This document shows, piece by piece, positions 1 to 8,774 of a stretch of DNA of 64,000 nucleotides. Under the pieces are notes generated by a model that was not told the origin of the DNA, ran no database searches, and saw nothing but the letters and a program-made list of their open reading frames with translations. The translations under genes were made by a program, and so were the position numbers. The stretch's first letter is position 1, and the number at the start of each line of letters is the position of its first letter. The stretch lies in assembly GCA_012518215.1 (NCBI GenBank), contig JAAYSV010000049.1, positions 61,025 to 125,024 on the forward strand. Direction: 5' to 3'. This DNA comes from Bacillota bacterium (GTDB lineage Bacteria > Bacillota > Dethiobacteria > DTU022 > PWGO01).

Positions 1-387
1 GATCGAGGACAGAGATTCTTCCTCTGCTGTCACACTGTTGATCAAGGGCCTGCCGGGGCAGGCATCGAGCGCCGCCTCGATAGCCCTGGCATTGGATGAG
101 TCGATGACCACGGGGAGTCCTGAACTCTCGGCTACCGCTTGCACAGCCCGGGGTAGCAGTTCTTCCTCGTTGACTCCCGGCAGACCGACATTGACATCGA
201 TCAGTGTCGCCCCTTCTTCCTTCTGTTTCAGGGCCTCTTCTTTTACCGGATCCAGGTCGCCCTGCTTCAAAGATTCCGCCAGCACAGGTCTGCCAGTGGG
301 ATTGATCCTTTCTCCAATAACATGGGTAGCCCCCCCTGCCTGAAGAAAAATTTCTTTTTCCGTACCTTTCAGAATCGTTTTTGCCAT
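1..387 (-). CDS. Pterin-binding methyltransferase (methyl-H4folate:corrinoid methyltransferase, MtrH/AcsE/DHPS-like). Only the N-terminal 129 codons are present because the gene runs off the left edge.
   Basis: My own reverse-strand translation from ATG 387 (AGGAG 9 nt upstream; alternative ATG at 393) gives MAKTILKGTEKEIFLQAGGATHVIGERINPTGRPVLAESL...ATLIDVNVGLPGVNEE...LPVVIDSSNARAIEAAL...RPLINSV. This is the GERIN...DVN...DS...INS pattern of pterin-binding domains. The ORF is missing from the track because it is truncated. Confidence 0.7.
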   Translation of the reverse strand, partial: MAKTILKGTEKEIFLQAGGATHVIGERINPTGRPVLAESLKQGDLDPVKEEALKQKEEGATLIDVNVGLPGVNEEELLPRAVQAVAESSGLPVVIDSSNARAIEAALDACPGRPLINSVTAEEESLSSI

Positions 388-438
388 CCACATGAGCTCC
401 TTTCAGGAAAATTTTCTGCCAGGCTTGTTCCGAACATG

Positions 439-2280
439 TCAAGAAGGGAAGTTTACATGACCGGCAAATATTTTATAGAAACCGGGATAGGATGCCAGCT
501 CCACGTGGCCCACCGATCCGGCTACCTGGTCAGCACGGTCAATTTCCCGTCTGGATATCAGTGCCCGGGCAGCACCAACACCGGCCGCATTGCCCACATG
601 TGTTATTTTGCCCTTCAATTCCGGTGGTAGCAACCCGATCCGGACTGCACTATCCTGATTCATGTAATTGCCGAAAGCACCGGCCAGAAATACAGCATCG
701 ATATCATCGGTGCCAATGCCATATTCTTTGCAAATAACGGTAATCCCGGTCGCTATGGCCGCTTTGGCCAGTTGCAATTCTCTTATATCACCCTGCGTGA
801 TCAGGATAGGGTCACGTCCGGAGGCAGGTGGGCTTTCAGCGAGCACGAAAGCGTTGGCTCCTTCATGTTCAATGATCCGTCCGGCCAGTTGCGAATCGTT
901 TTTCGCAACTGGCTCCCCTGCCGAAAGTATCTTGCCTCGATGGTTTACCAGCCCCCTGTCCAGGAGAACGGCGACAGCATCGATCAATCCGGAACCGCAA
1001 ATTCCAACTGGCTCGCCGCCCCCGATCACGCTATACTTTAACCGTTGGTCAAAAAAAACCCTGTCAATGGCCCCCTCCGCAGCCCTCATTCCCCTGCTGA
1101 TCTGTGCACCCTCAAAGGCAGGCCCGGCAGCTGCAGAACAGGCCAGCAACTTTTCTTTTCCCCCCACTACCACCTCGCCGTTGGTACCGATATCCACGGC
1201 CAGGTTGATCTTCCCGGAACGATCCATCCCCGTGCCAAGTATCATTGATACTGCATCTGAACCCACAAATCCAGCTATATTGGGAAGCACAAATATTCTT
1301 CCGGCCCTGTTCAGGAGAAGGCCCACTTCCCCGGGATCCACCGATACCCCTTCTTGTATAGCGGCAACATAAGGGCTGGCGGCAAGGGAAGCCGGACTGA
1401 TCCCCAGGAAAATATGCTGCATGCAGGTATTGCCTACCACCGTGGCCACGTAAATATTTTCCTGCCCGAGGCCAACTTCCCTGACCAGTATCCTCAGCAA
1501 CTCGTTCAGCGAACCAAGGACAAGGGCTTGCAATTCAGGCAGCGCTTTTTCATCACGGCGGATATAATCTATCCTCGAGATCAGATCGGCGCCACGGGCA
1601 GCCTGGGCATTCAGAACGGCCGCCTCGGACAACAGCTTGCCACTGGCGAGATCATAAAGATAGCCGGCAACAGTGGTGGTTCCTATATCAATGGCAACGC
1701 CAAGATTGATGGAGACCGTGTTGCCTGCCTCCACACCCCGGATTGCGCAGCCGTCTTTTATCACGGTAACACGAAAATTTTCTTCCCGCAGTACTCCAGG
1801 CAACTTCCGATACACGGAAAGGGGCAGCATTTTTGATCTCTGCCCCCGGGAACAACGTCGTAGCCTTTCACTGTCAGAGGCCTGATCTTCGAGGTCAGGA
1901 GGAGAAAGCTGAAGGTATTCCTTGCGCAATGCCGGTTCCGGAACAAGATCCGGTTCCGGGCCTTTGAACCGCCCCTTTTCCTTTGCCGCCAGGGACTGTT
2001 CAGGCAGAATCACCCGCATATCTCTATCAACAATGGTAGAGCAGGCCAGGCGGTACCCCTGCTCCAGATCCGAGGAACTCAGGTGGGAACGCTCTGCCAC
2101 CGTGGGTTTGCCTGCCCCGTCGGCGATCAAAACCTTGCATTTCCCGCATTTTCCCGAACCGCCGCAGACAGTTTCCAATTCCAAACCGGCATCCCGGGCA
2201 ACTTCATCAAGTCTGCTCCCCTGCCTGACCTTGATCGTCTTCTTTCCAGGTTCAAAAACAACTTTCTTGAAATCGCCCAC
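439..2280 (-). CDS. ATP-dependent reductive activase of corrinoid proteins (RACo/RamA-like; 2Fe-2S ferredoxin domain plus ASKHA ATPase, DUF4445)
   Basis: 613-aa ORF. The N-terminus carries a plant-type ferredoxin motif (CGGSGKCGKCKV...LAC). ASKHA phosphate-binding motifs are present (AIDIGTTTVAG, AVDIGTNGEVV). It sits inside the corrinoid methyltransferase operon. Confidence 0.85.
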   Translation of the reverse strand: MGDFKKVVFEPGKKTIKVRQGSRLDEVARDAGLELETVCGGSGKCGKCKVLIADGAGKPTVAERSHLSSSDLEQGYRLACSTIVDRDMRVILPEQSLAAKEKGRFKGPEPDLVPEPALRKEYLQLSPPDLEDQASDSERLRRCSRGQRSKMLPLSVYRKLPGVLREENFRVTVIKDGCAIRGVEAGNTVSINLGVAIDIGTTTVAGYLYDLASGKLLSEAAVLNAQAARGADLISRIDYIRRDEKALPELQALVLGSLNELLRILVREVGLGQENIYVATVVGNTCMQHIFLGISPASLAASPYVAAIQEGVSVDPGEVGLLLNRAGRIFVLPNIAGFVGSDAVSMILGTGMDRSGKINLAVDIGTNGEVVVGGKEKLLACSAAAGPAFEGAQISRGMRAAEGAIDRVFFDQRLKYSVIGGGEPVGICGSGLIDAVAVLLDRGLVNHRGKILSAGEPVAKNDSQLAGRIIEHEGANAFVLAESPPASGRDPILITQGDIRELQLAKAAIATGITVICKEYGIGTDDIDAVFLAGAFGNYMNQDSAVRIGLLPPELKGKITHVGNAAGVGAARALISRREIDRADQVAGSVGHVELASYPGFYKIFAGHVNFPS

Positions 2281-2371
2281 AATATTTTTACCTCCGGGTT
2301 CTGATCAACTATTTCCCGGAACGGTCAAGCCACGTTTTTTTCCGGGGAAAAGGGTCTGATCGGGCAAGAAA

Positions 2372-3529
2372 CTACCCCCGTATGGGATAAACGCCGTGTC
2401 GATGTACCGATTGCAACATCGCTTTCACGTTTTCCGGTTTGGAATCAACAGGGACTGTACAACCTGAGCTGAGGATAAAGCCCCCGTCGGAACCGACTTC
2501 CCGGAAAAGTTTCCGGCAGTAATCCTCTACCTCCTCGGGCTGACCCAACTTGAGCATGGTAGCCGGAACATCGCCCATGATACACATATGCCCATCGAGA
2601 ACTTTTTTCGCTTCAAAGATATCGGTTACCCCATCCAGGTTGAGGACACATTTTCCCCGCGGAAATTCTTTGAAATAATGAAGGAAAGGAGTCCAGTCGC
2701 TGTCCAGATGCAATACTGGAGTAATATTCTTGCTAACATAGTATTCACACATCTCCAACCATTCCGGAAGAGCAAATTTCTCGAATTGCTTGGGGTTGAT
2801 GGCAGAAGCACTGGTCCTTGTTCCCCCCATGAATACCCGGGGTATCCCGGAAAGCCTGGAGAGGATCAATCCCAGGGGTTTGAACAGTTTTATGAACTCC
2901 TTCGAGACTGCCTGAATATCTTCCGGATAACGATAAAGATCCATGATATAATCCGTAAATGAACGCAAGCCGAGGGAAATCCATTCCATCGGGGTAAAGG
3001 ACAGATTGGGGCCTACCAGGAAAACAACGTCTTTTTTTCGCCAGGCACGGGTTGAACGTTTGAACTGCAGCCCGAAGGATATCAGCTTGCCCATCTGTTT
3101 TACCAACCTGGAGGGGCTGGCCATGATGGGATTGTGTTCACGCAATTTGCCCAGCATCCAGCGCATACCGCCTTTTTTCACCACATCCTTGTATTCCTCG
3201 GGTTCCATGACCGTTTCTTCCACGAATTGCCAGAGGGCATCTTCGGGATATCCATCAATGCCGGGAAGCATGGGTGGAACCAAAAAAATCAAACTCATCA
3301 TCGGCCCCATACCGGCGTACGAAAGATTCATGCCATCGATTGCCCCAAGGTCTTCGATGGTTTTTTCCAGGGCCCTGTCAGCTTTCTTCAAATCAAACAG
3401 CATTTCATGCTGTGTTATACCGCCATACCGGCTGGAGAACATATCCAGGATGGGCACTACCGGTACCCGATCGGGTTTTCCAAGCTTGATCGCGGTATTG
3501 ATCCTTTCTTCAGACGTCATCCGAGCCAT
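2372..3529 (-). CDS. URO-D (uroporphyrinogen decarboxylase) family methyltransferase, MtaA/MtbA/O-demethylase MT-like
   Basis: 385-aa ORF with an URO-D-family N-terminus (SEERINTAIKLGKPDRVPVVP) and C-terminus (GGFILSSGCTVP). It lies directly downstream of the corrinoid protein. Confidence 0.75.
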   Translation of the reverse strand: MARMTSEERINTAIKLGKPDRVPVVPILDMFSSRYGGITQHEMLFDLKKADRALEKTIEDLGAIDGMNLSYAGMGPMMSLIFLVPPMLPGIDGYPEDALWQFVEETVMEPEEYKDVVKKGGMRWMLGKLREHNPIMASPSRLVKQMGKLISFGLQFKRSTRAWRKKDVVFLVGPNLSFTPMEWISLGLRSFTDYIMDLYRYPEDIQAVSKEFIKLFKPLGLILSRLSGIPRVFMGGTRTSASAINPKQFEKFALPEWLEMCEYYVSKNITPVLHLDSDWTPFLHYFKEFPRGKCVLNLDGVTDIFEAKKVLDGHMCIMGDVPATMLKLGQPEEVEDYCRKLFREVGSDGGFILSSGCTVPVDSKPENVKAMLQSVHRHGVYPIRG

Positions 3530-3571
3530 TTTCTCGCATCTCCCTTGCTTGTATTGGGTTCATTATTGCGT

Positions 3572-4195
3572 CTATTGTTGGTAAGAATTGGCCAGCCGTA
3601 CCGCTTCGGTAGCATCTTTGCCGTAAGCATCGGCACCACAGTAATCGACGACAGCCTCATCCACCGGTGCCCCCCCGATCATGATTTTCACCTGCTCCCG
3701 AAGTCCCGCTTCCTCCACCCTGTCAATAGTTTCTTTCATGGATTCAAAGGCAACCGTGAGAAGAGCGGAAAGCCCAAGGATCCGGGCACCGGTTTCTTCC
3801 AATTTTTGCACAAATGCTTCCGGTTTCACATCTTCACCCAGGTCATAGACATCATAACCCTCACACCTGAGCAGTGAAACCACGATATTTTTGCCAATAT
3901 AGTGAATATCCCCCTGAACCGTGCCGATGACCACTTTCCCTTTCTTCTCTCCGGTACCCCCCGCTTCCAGGCGAGGAACGATCAGCTCCATGGCTTGATT
4001 GAAAACCTCCGCTGACATGATCAGTTCGGACAAAAAATATTCCTTTTTTTCAAAACGTTCGCCTATTGCAGACATGGCCTCCCGCAAAGCTTCCACCAGG
4101 TCCAGGGGTTCCGCCCCCTCCGACAACAGCCTCCTGACCTCGTCCAGGGTTGGTTCTTCCTCTACTGCGATCATGAATTCTTTCAACTTTTCCAC
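3572..4195 (-). CDS. Corrinoid (cobalamin-binding) protein, MtaC/MtbC-like
   Basis: 207-aa ORF with a B12-binding helical cap followed by a Rossmann domain. The DxHxxG lower-ligand motif is present as GDIHYIGKN, with a downstream SALLT and GGA. Confidence 0.9.
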   Translation of the reverse strand: MEKLKEFMIAVEEEPTLDEVRRLLSEGAEPLDLVEALREAMSAIGERFEKKEYFLSELIMSAEVFNQAMELIVPRLEAGGTGEKKGKVVIGTVQGDIHYIGKNIVVSLLRCEGYDVYDLGEDVKPEAFVQKLEETGARILGLSALLTVAFESMKETIDRVEEAGLREQVKIMIGGAPVDEAVVDYCGADAYGKDATEAVRLANSYQQ

Positions 4196-4232
4196 TTCTT
4201 TTCTCCCCTTTCATTGTTGTTTCGGTGCAGGT

Positions 4233-4934
4233 TCAATTGCCCAAAAAGTGTTCCAGTGCCGAACTTTCACCGGGTTTTACCACAACAAATTCCCTCCCCC
4301 ACTCTCCGGCAAACATCTTTTTCACAAGTCTTGCAGAACCGCTGATCTCTTCATATTTCAGCTGAAATAAACCCGCCATCTTCCGCGCATAGCAACGGTA
4401 ATCATCCACCTTGTGGAGGCCTGTATCGATCAGGGCCAGGCGCCTGTAATTTGCCATCGAAGTTTTGAAAAGTTCCCGTGCTCTTTCCTCTCCCCAGAGA
4501 CGCACGGCGCGTTCAAATTCATGAAAAGGTGTAGCCTCCGCTTTCGCCCACCCTCCGGTAAGATAACATGTCCCCGGCTCATGAAACAACTGCTCCCTGT
4601 GAGCTTTCCGTGAACCAAGAAAAATGCCGATGCAATCGTCCACCCGGGGGATCACAAGCGTGCAGTTTTGAGCCGCCCTGATTCCCACCAGGGCCTGAGC
4701 GCACAGGCCAAACCCAAGAAGAATGTCGAGATGGGACCCCCTGTCAGCGTACATTTCAGACAGTTCATCGATATTGTTTTGCAGGATGGTTCGCAGCCGA
4801 CGGGGGGAAACATGCCCTTCAGGATCTATGGTACGCCGGATCATATCCCCCGAAATCAAAGTTGATATCTCTTCCATCACAACAGCGCAAGCAATGACGG
4901 CAATTCTTTTCTCTTCAGTGTCCAGGGAGCTCAC
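4233..4934 (-). CDS. DUF1638-like protein, first gene of the corrinoid methyltransferase operon
   Basis: 233-aa ORF with a GTG start. The family call is from memory of DUF1638 proteins that accompany corrinoid methyltransferase operons (N-terminal IAVIACAVV...). No catalytic motif recognised. Confidence 0.5.
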   Translation of the reverse strand: MSSLDTEEKRIAVIACAVVMEEISTLISGDMIRRTIDPEGHVSPRRLRTILQNNIDELSEMYADRGSHLDILLGFGLCAQALVGIRAAQNCTLVIPRVDDCIGIFLGSRKAHREQLFHEPGTCYLTGGWAKAEATPFHEFERAVRLWGEERARELFKTSMANYRRLALIDTGLHKVDDYRCYARKMAGLFQLKYEEISGSARLVKKMFAGEWGREFVVVKPGESSALEHFLGN

Positions 4935-5053
4935 CCCATGCCTGTTTTGCTCATTTTGGAGAAAATGGTTGACTTACAGCCCCGAAATTTCGAAATGAAC
5001 GGAACGGAAATAGTTTAGTACAGAATCAACTGTTTCCAATGAAAAGTATATAT

Positions 5054-5209
5054 TCACAACCAAATATTTTCAAGGTGGATTGACCAAAAAATAAAGGCAA
5101 TGCCCCCGATGAAATTCCCTGCCATGGCTACCGGAAATTTTCCCCATTGAAAACCGCACTTGCAATCTGCAACGTTGACATCAACGATATCCATGATTTC
5201 AATCTTCAT
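5054..5209 (-). CDS. Hypothetical 51-aa protein with a hydrophobic C-terminus (not in ORF track)
   Basis: My own translation gives MKIEIMDIVDVNVADCKCGFQWGKFPVAMAGNFIGGIAFIFWSIHLENIWL. Its ATG overlaps the TGA of the upstream 86-codon ORF (ATGA). There is no SD of its own. Confidence 0.25.
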   Translation of the reverse strand: MKIEIMDIVDVNVADCKCGFQWGKFPVAMAGNFIGGIAFIFWSIHLENIWL

Positions 5210-5466
5210 GGATAGAATTGACGGGTGCTGTACATGAATTCCCGTGCATGAACAACGGGAGTATACTGAAGCCCCTCCTCACCTTCAACTTTCAAGCCGG
5301 GAAAAGCTTGCCTGTATTTTTTTTCATGAATGGTTTCAAAATATTTATCTTGCCGAATACTTTCCACGGAATTATACTGTACCTGGTTAGAGGTATTTTT
5401 GTTGAAGGTATCGGAACCTTCTCTATTTTCCAAACCGTCCAAACAAATCTTTTGCTTTGTCTCCAA
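5206..5466 (-). CDS. Hypothetical 86-aa hydrophilic protein
   Basis: This is an 86-codon open frame in a locally AT-rich stretch, where stop codons should be frequent. It has a TTG start with no SD, and it overlaps the probable promoter of the divergent HD-GYP gene. Confidence 0.25.
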   Translation of the reverse strand: METKQKICLDGLENREGSDTFNKNTSNQVQYNSVESIRQDKYFETIHEKKYRQAFPGLKVEGEEGLQYTPVVHAREFMYSTRQFYP

Positions 5467-5511
5467 TTATGTTAATATTATTGGGAAAGATGAACTAATG
5501 GAGAATAATCC

Positions 5512-6639
5512 ATGAGACGCATTGATACCAACAAACTCAAACCTGGCATGATCGTAGCTCGGACAATATTCAGCCCCACCGGCGAACCCCTCCTGAAACC
5601 AGGTATAGAGCTAAAAAATCATTATATCAACAATTTGAAAAGGCTCGGGATCAACAATGTTTACATCCGTGATGAACGGCTCGAAGGGGTCGAATACAGT
5701 GATGTCGTCTCCGATGAGAGCAGGTTGGAAGCTAAAAGAATAATCTACGATTATTTCTCTGTCAAGGAACGTTTCAAGTTCCTGGGTGACCTTGAAAAAT
5801 CCTTGATCAAAACCGCTGACAGGATAGTGAATGAGATATTGAACAGGAAGGAAATTGTTCTCAATCTTCAGGATATCAAATCTTCCGATAGCTATACGTA
5901 TGACCACTGTGTCAACGTATGCATCCTCTCTGTTATTGCCGGCATGAAGTTGAATTTATCCAGGGATGAACTGGTCCAGATCGCATTGGGTTCCTCCATC
6001 CATGATATTGGCAAGCTGGATATACCCGGCGATATATTGAATAAACCGACAGTGCTTACCAGGGAAGAATTCAGCATCGTCAAGGAACATACCCGAAAAG
6101 GTTATGAACGGTTTCAGAGGGGTTCCTTCACCTCCGAAGCGGTGGGAAACATAATTCTACAACATCACGAGAGACATGCGGGGCATGGTTACCCATTTGG
6201 CTTGAAAGGCAAGGAAATTGATCGCATGGCACAGATAGTCTCCATTGCGGATGTATACGATGCCCTCACCTCTACCCGCCCTTACCGCAAAGCCTACTAC
6301 CCTCACAATGCCGTTGAAATGTTTCTTTCGGTGGGCGGTGTCGACTTCAATATTGATGTGCTCAACGCTTTCCTTTCCTTCATTCCTTCTTTTCCGGTCG
6401 GGACACACGTGGTATTGAACAATCAGGAAAGCGGCCTGGTGATCAACAACACCCCCGGGTTTTCCACCCGCCCCACCGTAAGGATCCTTTATGAAGGCCC
6501 CGACCTGACCCCCCACCATTCCCCATACGAGGTCAGCCTTGTGGAGAACACGGGCCTGGTCGTCGCTGGTATGATCGATGGAGAAGGCATCTATCAGCAC
6601 TTGAGATCCGTCCCCACCAACCGTGAAACTACCTCCTGA
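5512..6639 (+). CDS. HD-GYP domain protein (putative c-di-GMP phosphodiesterase)
   Basis: 375-aa ORF with GGAG 8 nt upstream of the ATG. It carries the motifs HDIGK and HHERHAGHGYP. Confidence 0.9.
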   Translation: MRRIDTNKLKPGMIVARTIFSPTGEPLLKPGIELKNHYINNLKRLGINNVYIRDERLEGVEYSDVVSDESRLEAKRIIYDYFSVKERFKFLGDLEKSLIKTADRIVNEILNRKEIVLNLQDIKSSDSYTYDHCVNVCILSVIAGMKLNLSRDELVQIALGSSIHDIGKLDIPGDILNKPTVLTREEFSIVKEHTRKGYERFQRGSFTSEAVGNIILQHHERHAGHGYPFGLKGKEIDRMAQIVSIADVYDALTSTRPYRKAYYPHNAVEMFLSVGGVDFNIDVLNAFLSFIPSFPVGTHVVLNNQESGLVINNTPGFSTRPTVRILYEGPDLTPHHSPYEVSLVENTGLVVAGMIDGEGIYQHLRSVPTNRETTS

Positions 6640-6659
6640 AAAATGACAATACCCGTTGG

Positions 6660-7130
6660 TTAGATAATGTAGTCAGTCCTGCCTTCCTTGAAGGATTGCA
6701 CTTTATTTACCAAAGCAGAATACCGCAACCTGATCCCCAGGGCTACCAGTGGCCTTCCCAGAAAAACCAGCCCCAAAAATCTGGAAATGAAACCCCCGAT
6801 GCGAGCCAGGACATTTACCTGGTCAAGACAATTGATGATGGCGATCTTCTTCACGTGGAGCCCAAGTAATGGCAGCAATTCTTTCATGATCTGTTTCACT
6901 TCATTTCCCCTGGAACCGCTACCAAGAGAAAAAACATGGTTCCCGTGGCCATCAATGCCTATACAGCTCAGGATGCCAATTTCCCTGCTTTCCAGGCGGT
7001 CAAAATGAGGAATCTTCAGAATCTCGCATAAATGAGGTGTCCGGGTTGTGGGCAATCTATACAAATGGATATTGGCAGCAACAACCGATGAATGCGTTCC
7101 GCCGTAACATTGGTAAATGACAAACATCAT
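6660..7130 (-). CDS. DUF3189-like protein (paralogue 2)
   Basis: 156-aa ORF. The N-terminus FVIYQCYGGTHSSVVAANIHL resembles my recollection of DUF3189. It is the last gene of the YIEGIA block. Confidence 0.45.
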   Translation of the reverse strand: MMFVIYQCYGGTHSSVVAANIHLYRLPTTRTPHLCEILKIPHFDRLESREIGILSCIGIDGHGNHVFSLGSGSRGNEVKQIMKELLPLLGLHVKKIAIINCLDQVNVLARIGGFISRFLGLVFLGRPLVALGIRLRYSALVNKVQSFKEGRTDYII

Positions 7131-7148
7131 CCTTCCTCCTATTTCTAT

Positions 7149-7571
7149 CTACCATGTTTGCAATCGCAAGAAGGATCTTTCAACAGTAGCCTTTATTTCA
7201 GCCAGGCAACCGCGATATGCCGCTTCCTCGATGCGGGGAATCCCCGAAGCCTCGGCGAATTGAAGTAGAATCTGCCACCCCGGCAGAGGGTTGACCAGCA
7301 ACAAATCTGCGGGATTCCCGCCAGAGGCAGACATCAAATTGTTGATCGTCCTCCTGATAACTCCCTCTGCACAGTCTCCGTTCAGCATGTAGACCTCCTC
7401 CCCTTTTTTCCCCCGCCCGAAATATAGGATGAAGGGCCTGTCCCGCCGGAACCCTTTCAGTATTTCCCCTGTTTTTGCCATATCGATCAGGGCGTCATTC
7501 ATATTTGCATGCAGGTAGGCAGCGATGAAGGATGCGGCCAGGTGCCTGGGATGATAGTAAACAACCTTCAT
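7149..7571 (-). CDS. DUF3189-like protein (paralogue 1, divergent)
   Basis: 140-aa ORF. Its N-terminus VVYYHPRHLAASFIAAYLHA aligns with the neighbouring paralogue. Confidence 0.4.
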   Translation of the reverse strand: MKVVYYHPRHLAASFIAAYLHANMNDALIDMAKTGEILKGFRRDRPFILYFGRGKKGEEVYMLNGDCAEGVIRRTINNLMSASGGNPADLLLVNPLPGWQILLQFAEASGIPRIEEAAYRGCLAEIKATVERSFLRLQTW

Positions 7572-7581
7572 AACGCCCTAT

Positions 7582-7821
7582 TCAATGTTTGACCACGATG
7601 AATACACCGTTTTCAAGATCATGAACTACTCCTTCCGTTATCCGCGCCAGATATGTGGCCACCTTCTCCTGTTCCTCGGCATCGGAAACATGAAAAACAG
7701 GTGCGCCGCCACCGGCAACCAGGGAAGAGTCGGTTGTAACCACAGCCAGAATGTACTTGGTCAGCTCTGTCTCCACTATTTTTCCTTCCACGAAGCGGAA
7801 TCCACATTTCGGTAAAGGCAA
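7582..7821 (-). CDS. Small soluble protein paired with YIEGIA (probably the family RefSeq labels 'capping complex subunit for YIEGIA')
   Basis: 79-aa ORF lying 24 nt downstream of the YIEGIA gene on the same strand. The assignment rests on gene context only. Confidence 0.45.
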   Translation of the reverse strand: MPLPKCGFRFVEGKIVETELTKYILAVVTTDSSLVAGGGAPVFHVSDAEEQEKVATYLARITEGVVHDLENGVFIVVKH

Positions 7822-7845
7822 TTTCCCCGGGGGAAAGATTCATCG

Positions 7846-8736
7846 TCAATCTGCTGCACCACTGCCTGCCGGGGATTGAAGAGGTTTGGAGAGCGCACTC
7901 TCCAGCACGGGAACTCTCTTTACTGCCTTGAGAAGGCACCCAAGGTCCTTCTCGATGGGCAAAATGACCAGGCCGATCCTGCCGGTATCCATATTTCGCC
8001 GTACAATCGGCATGAATTCGGCGGTATCCACATCGCGATATACGCCCAGCTGACAGGCCACCTCATGGGCAATCGCCTTTCTCTGCCCAAGATTGGCCAG
8101 CGTTTCCCTGGCATTATCATCAAGAGGTTCGATGATCACTCCCAACCCTCGATCCATGACCCGATGCCGCGCTTTCCTGGTTCCCAGGTTCATGAAATGG
8201 ATGTCCTCCACATAAAGGTTCACACCCTCAAAGCGGATTTCTCCGGGCCGTACCCTGGCAATCTGCCCCACCTGTTTGCCGCGCATCAACCTGTTGCATA
8301 TCAATATCGCCGGTATGCTTGCTACCAGCGCCATCTCGATACCCCCGTAGTAGGTAAACCCGCTGCATATTATCGCAATCAAGATTACAAGATAATTGCG
8401 GGACTCGAACACACGGGCAATCCCCTCCACATAATCCGGGCCGCGGGCCACGAGTTCCGAACGGTCTATATTGGCCAATGTTTTTCGCTCGATTTCTCTT
8501 ATATCGCGAAACTGTGTCGCTGCAAGGGCCAGGAAAGTGACCGCCGTGAACTCCCTCTCCGCCAGTGCGGGTATGGCAACTGCCCCCAGAAGCGCCGCTA
8601 TCAACCCCAATGACATGTGGGTTACTACACCATGAGGATAGGAGGGATACTGACGATAATCGGAACGGAGCATGTAGTAACGCCCGATCGTTCCACCCAC
8701 TACCCCCGCTATCGAGGCCAGCAAATATTTTTCCAT
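7846..8736 (-). CDS. YIEGIA family membrane protein
   Basis: 296-aa ORF with several hydrophobic segments. The family-naming motif is present as GPDYVEGIARVF. Confidence 0.75.
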   Translation of the reverse strand: MEKYLLASIAGVVGGTIGRYYMLRSDYRQYPSYPHGVVTHMSLGLIAALLGAVAIPALAEREFTAVTFLALAATQFRDIREIERKTLANIDRSELVARGPDYVEGIARVFESRNYLVILIAIICSGFTYYGGIEMALVASIPAILICNRLMRGKQVGQIARVRPGEIRFEGVNLYVEDIHFMNLGTRKARHRVMDRGLGVIIEPLDDNARETLANLGQRKAIAHEVACQLGVYRDVDTAEFMPIVRRNMDTGRIGLVILPIEKDLGCLLKAVKRVPVLESALSKPLQSPAGSGAAD

Positions 8737-8774
8737 TGGATTTCAAACTCCCTGTACAATCCCTGTGACAACAA

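Noticed and set aside
4935-5400. Cobalamin riboswitch in front of the corrinoid methyltransferase operon
   Set aside because: There is no GGGAA...GGTG...GCCACTG arrangement. The region is AT-rich and instead shows two small ORFs and promoter-like elements.
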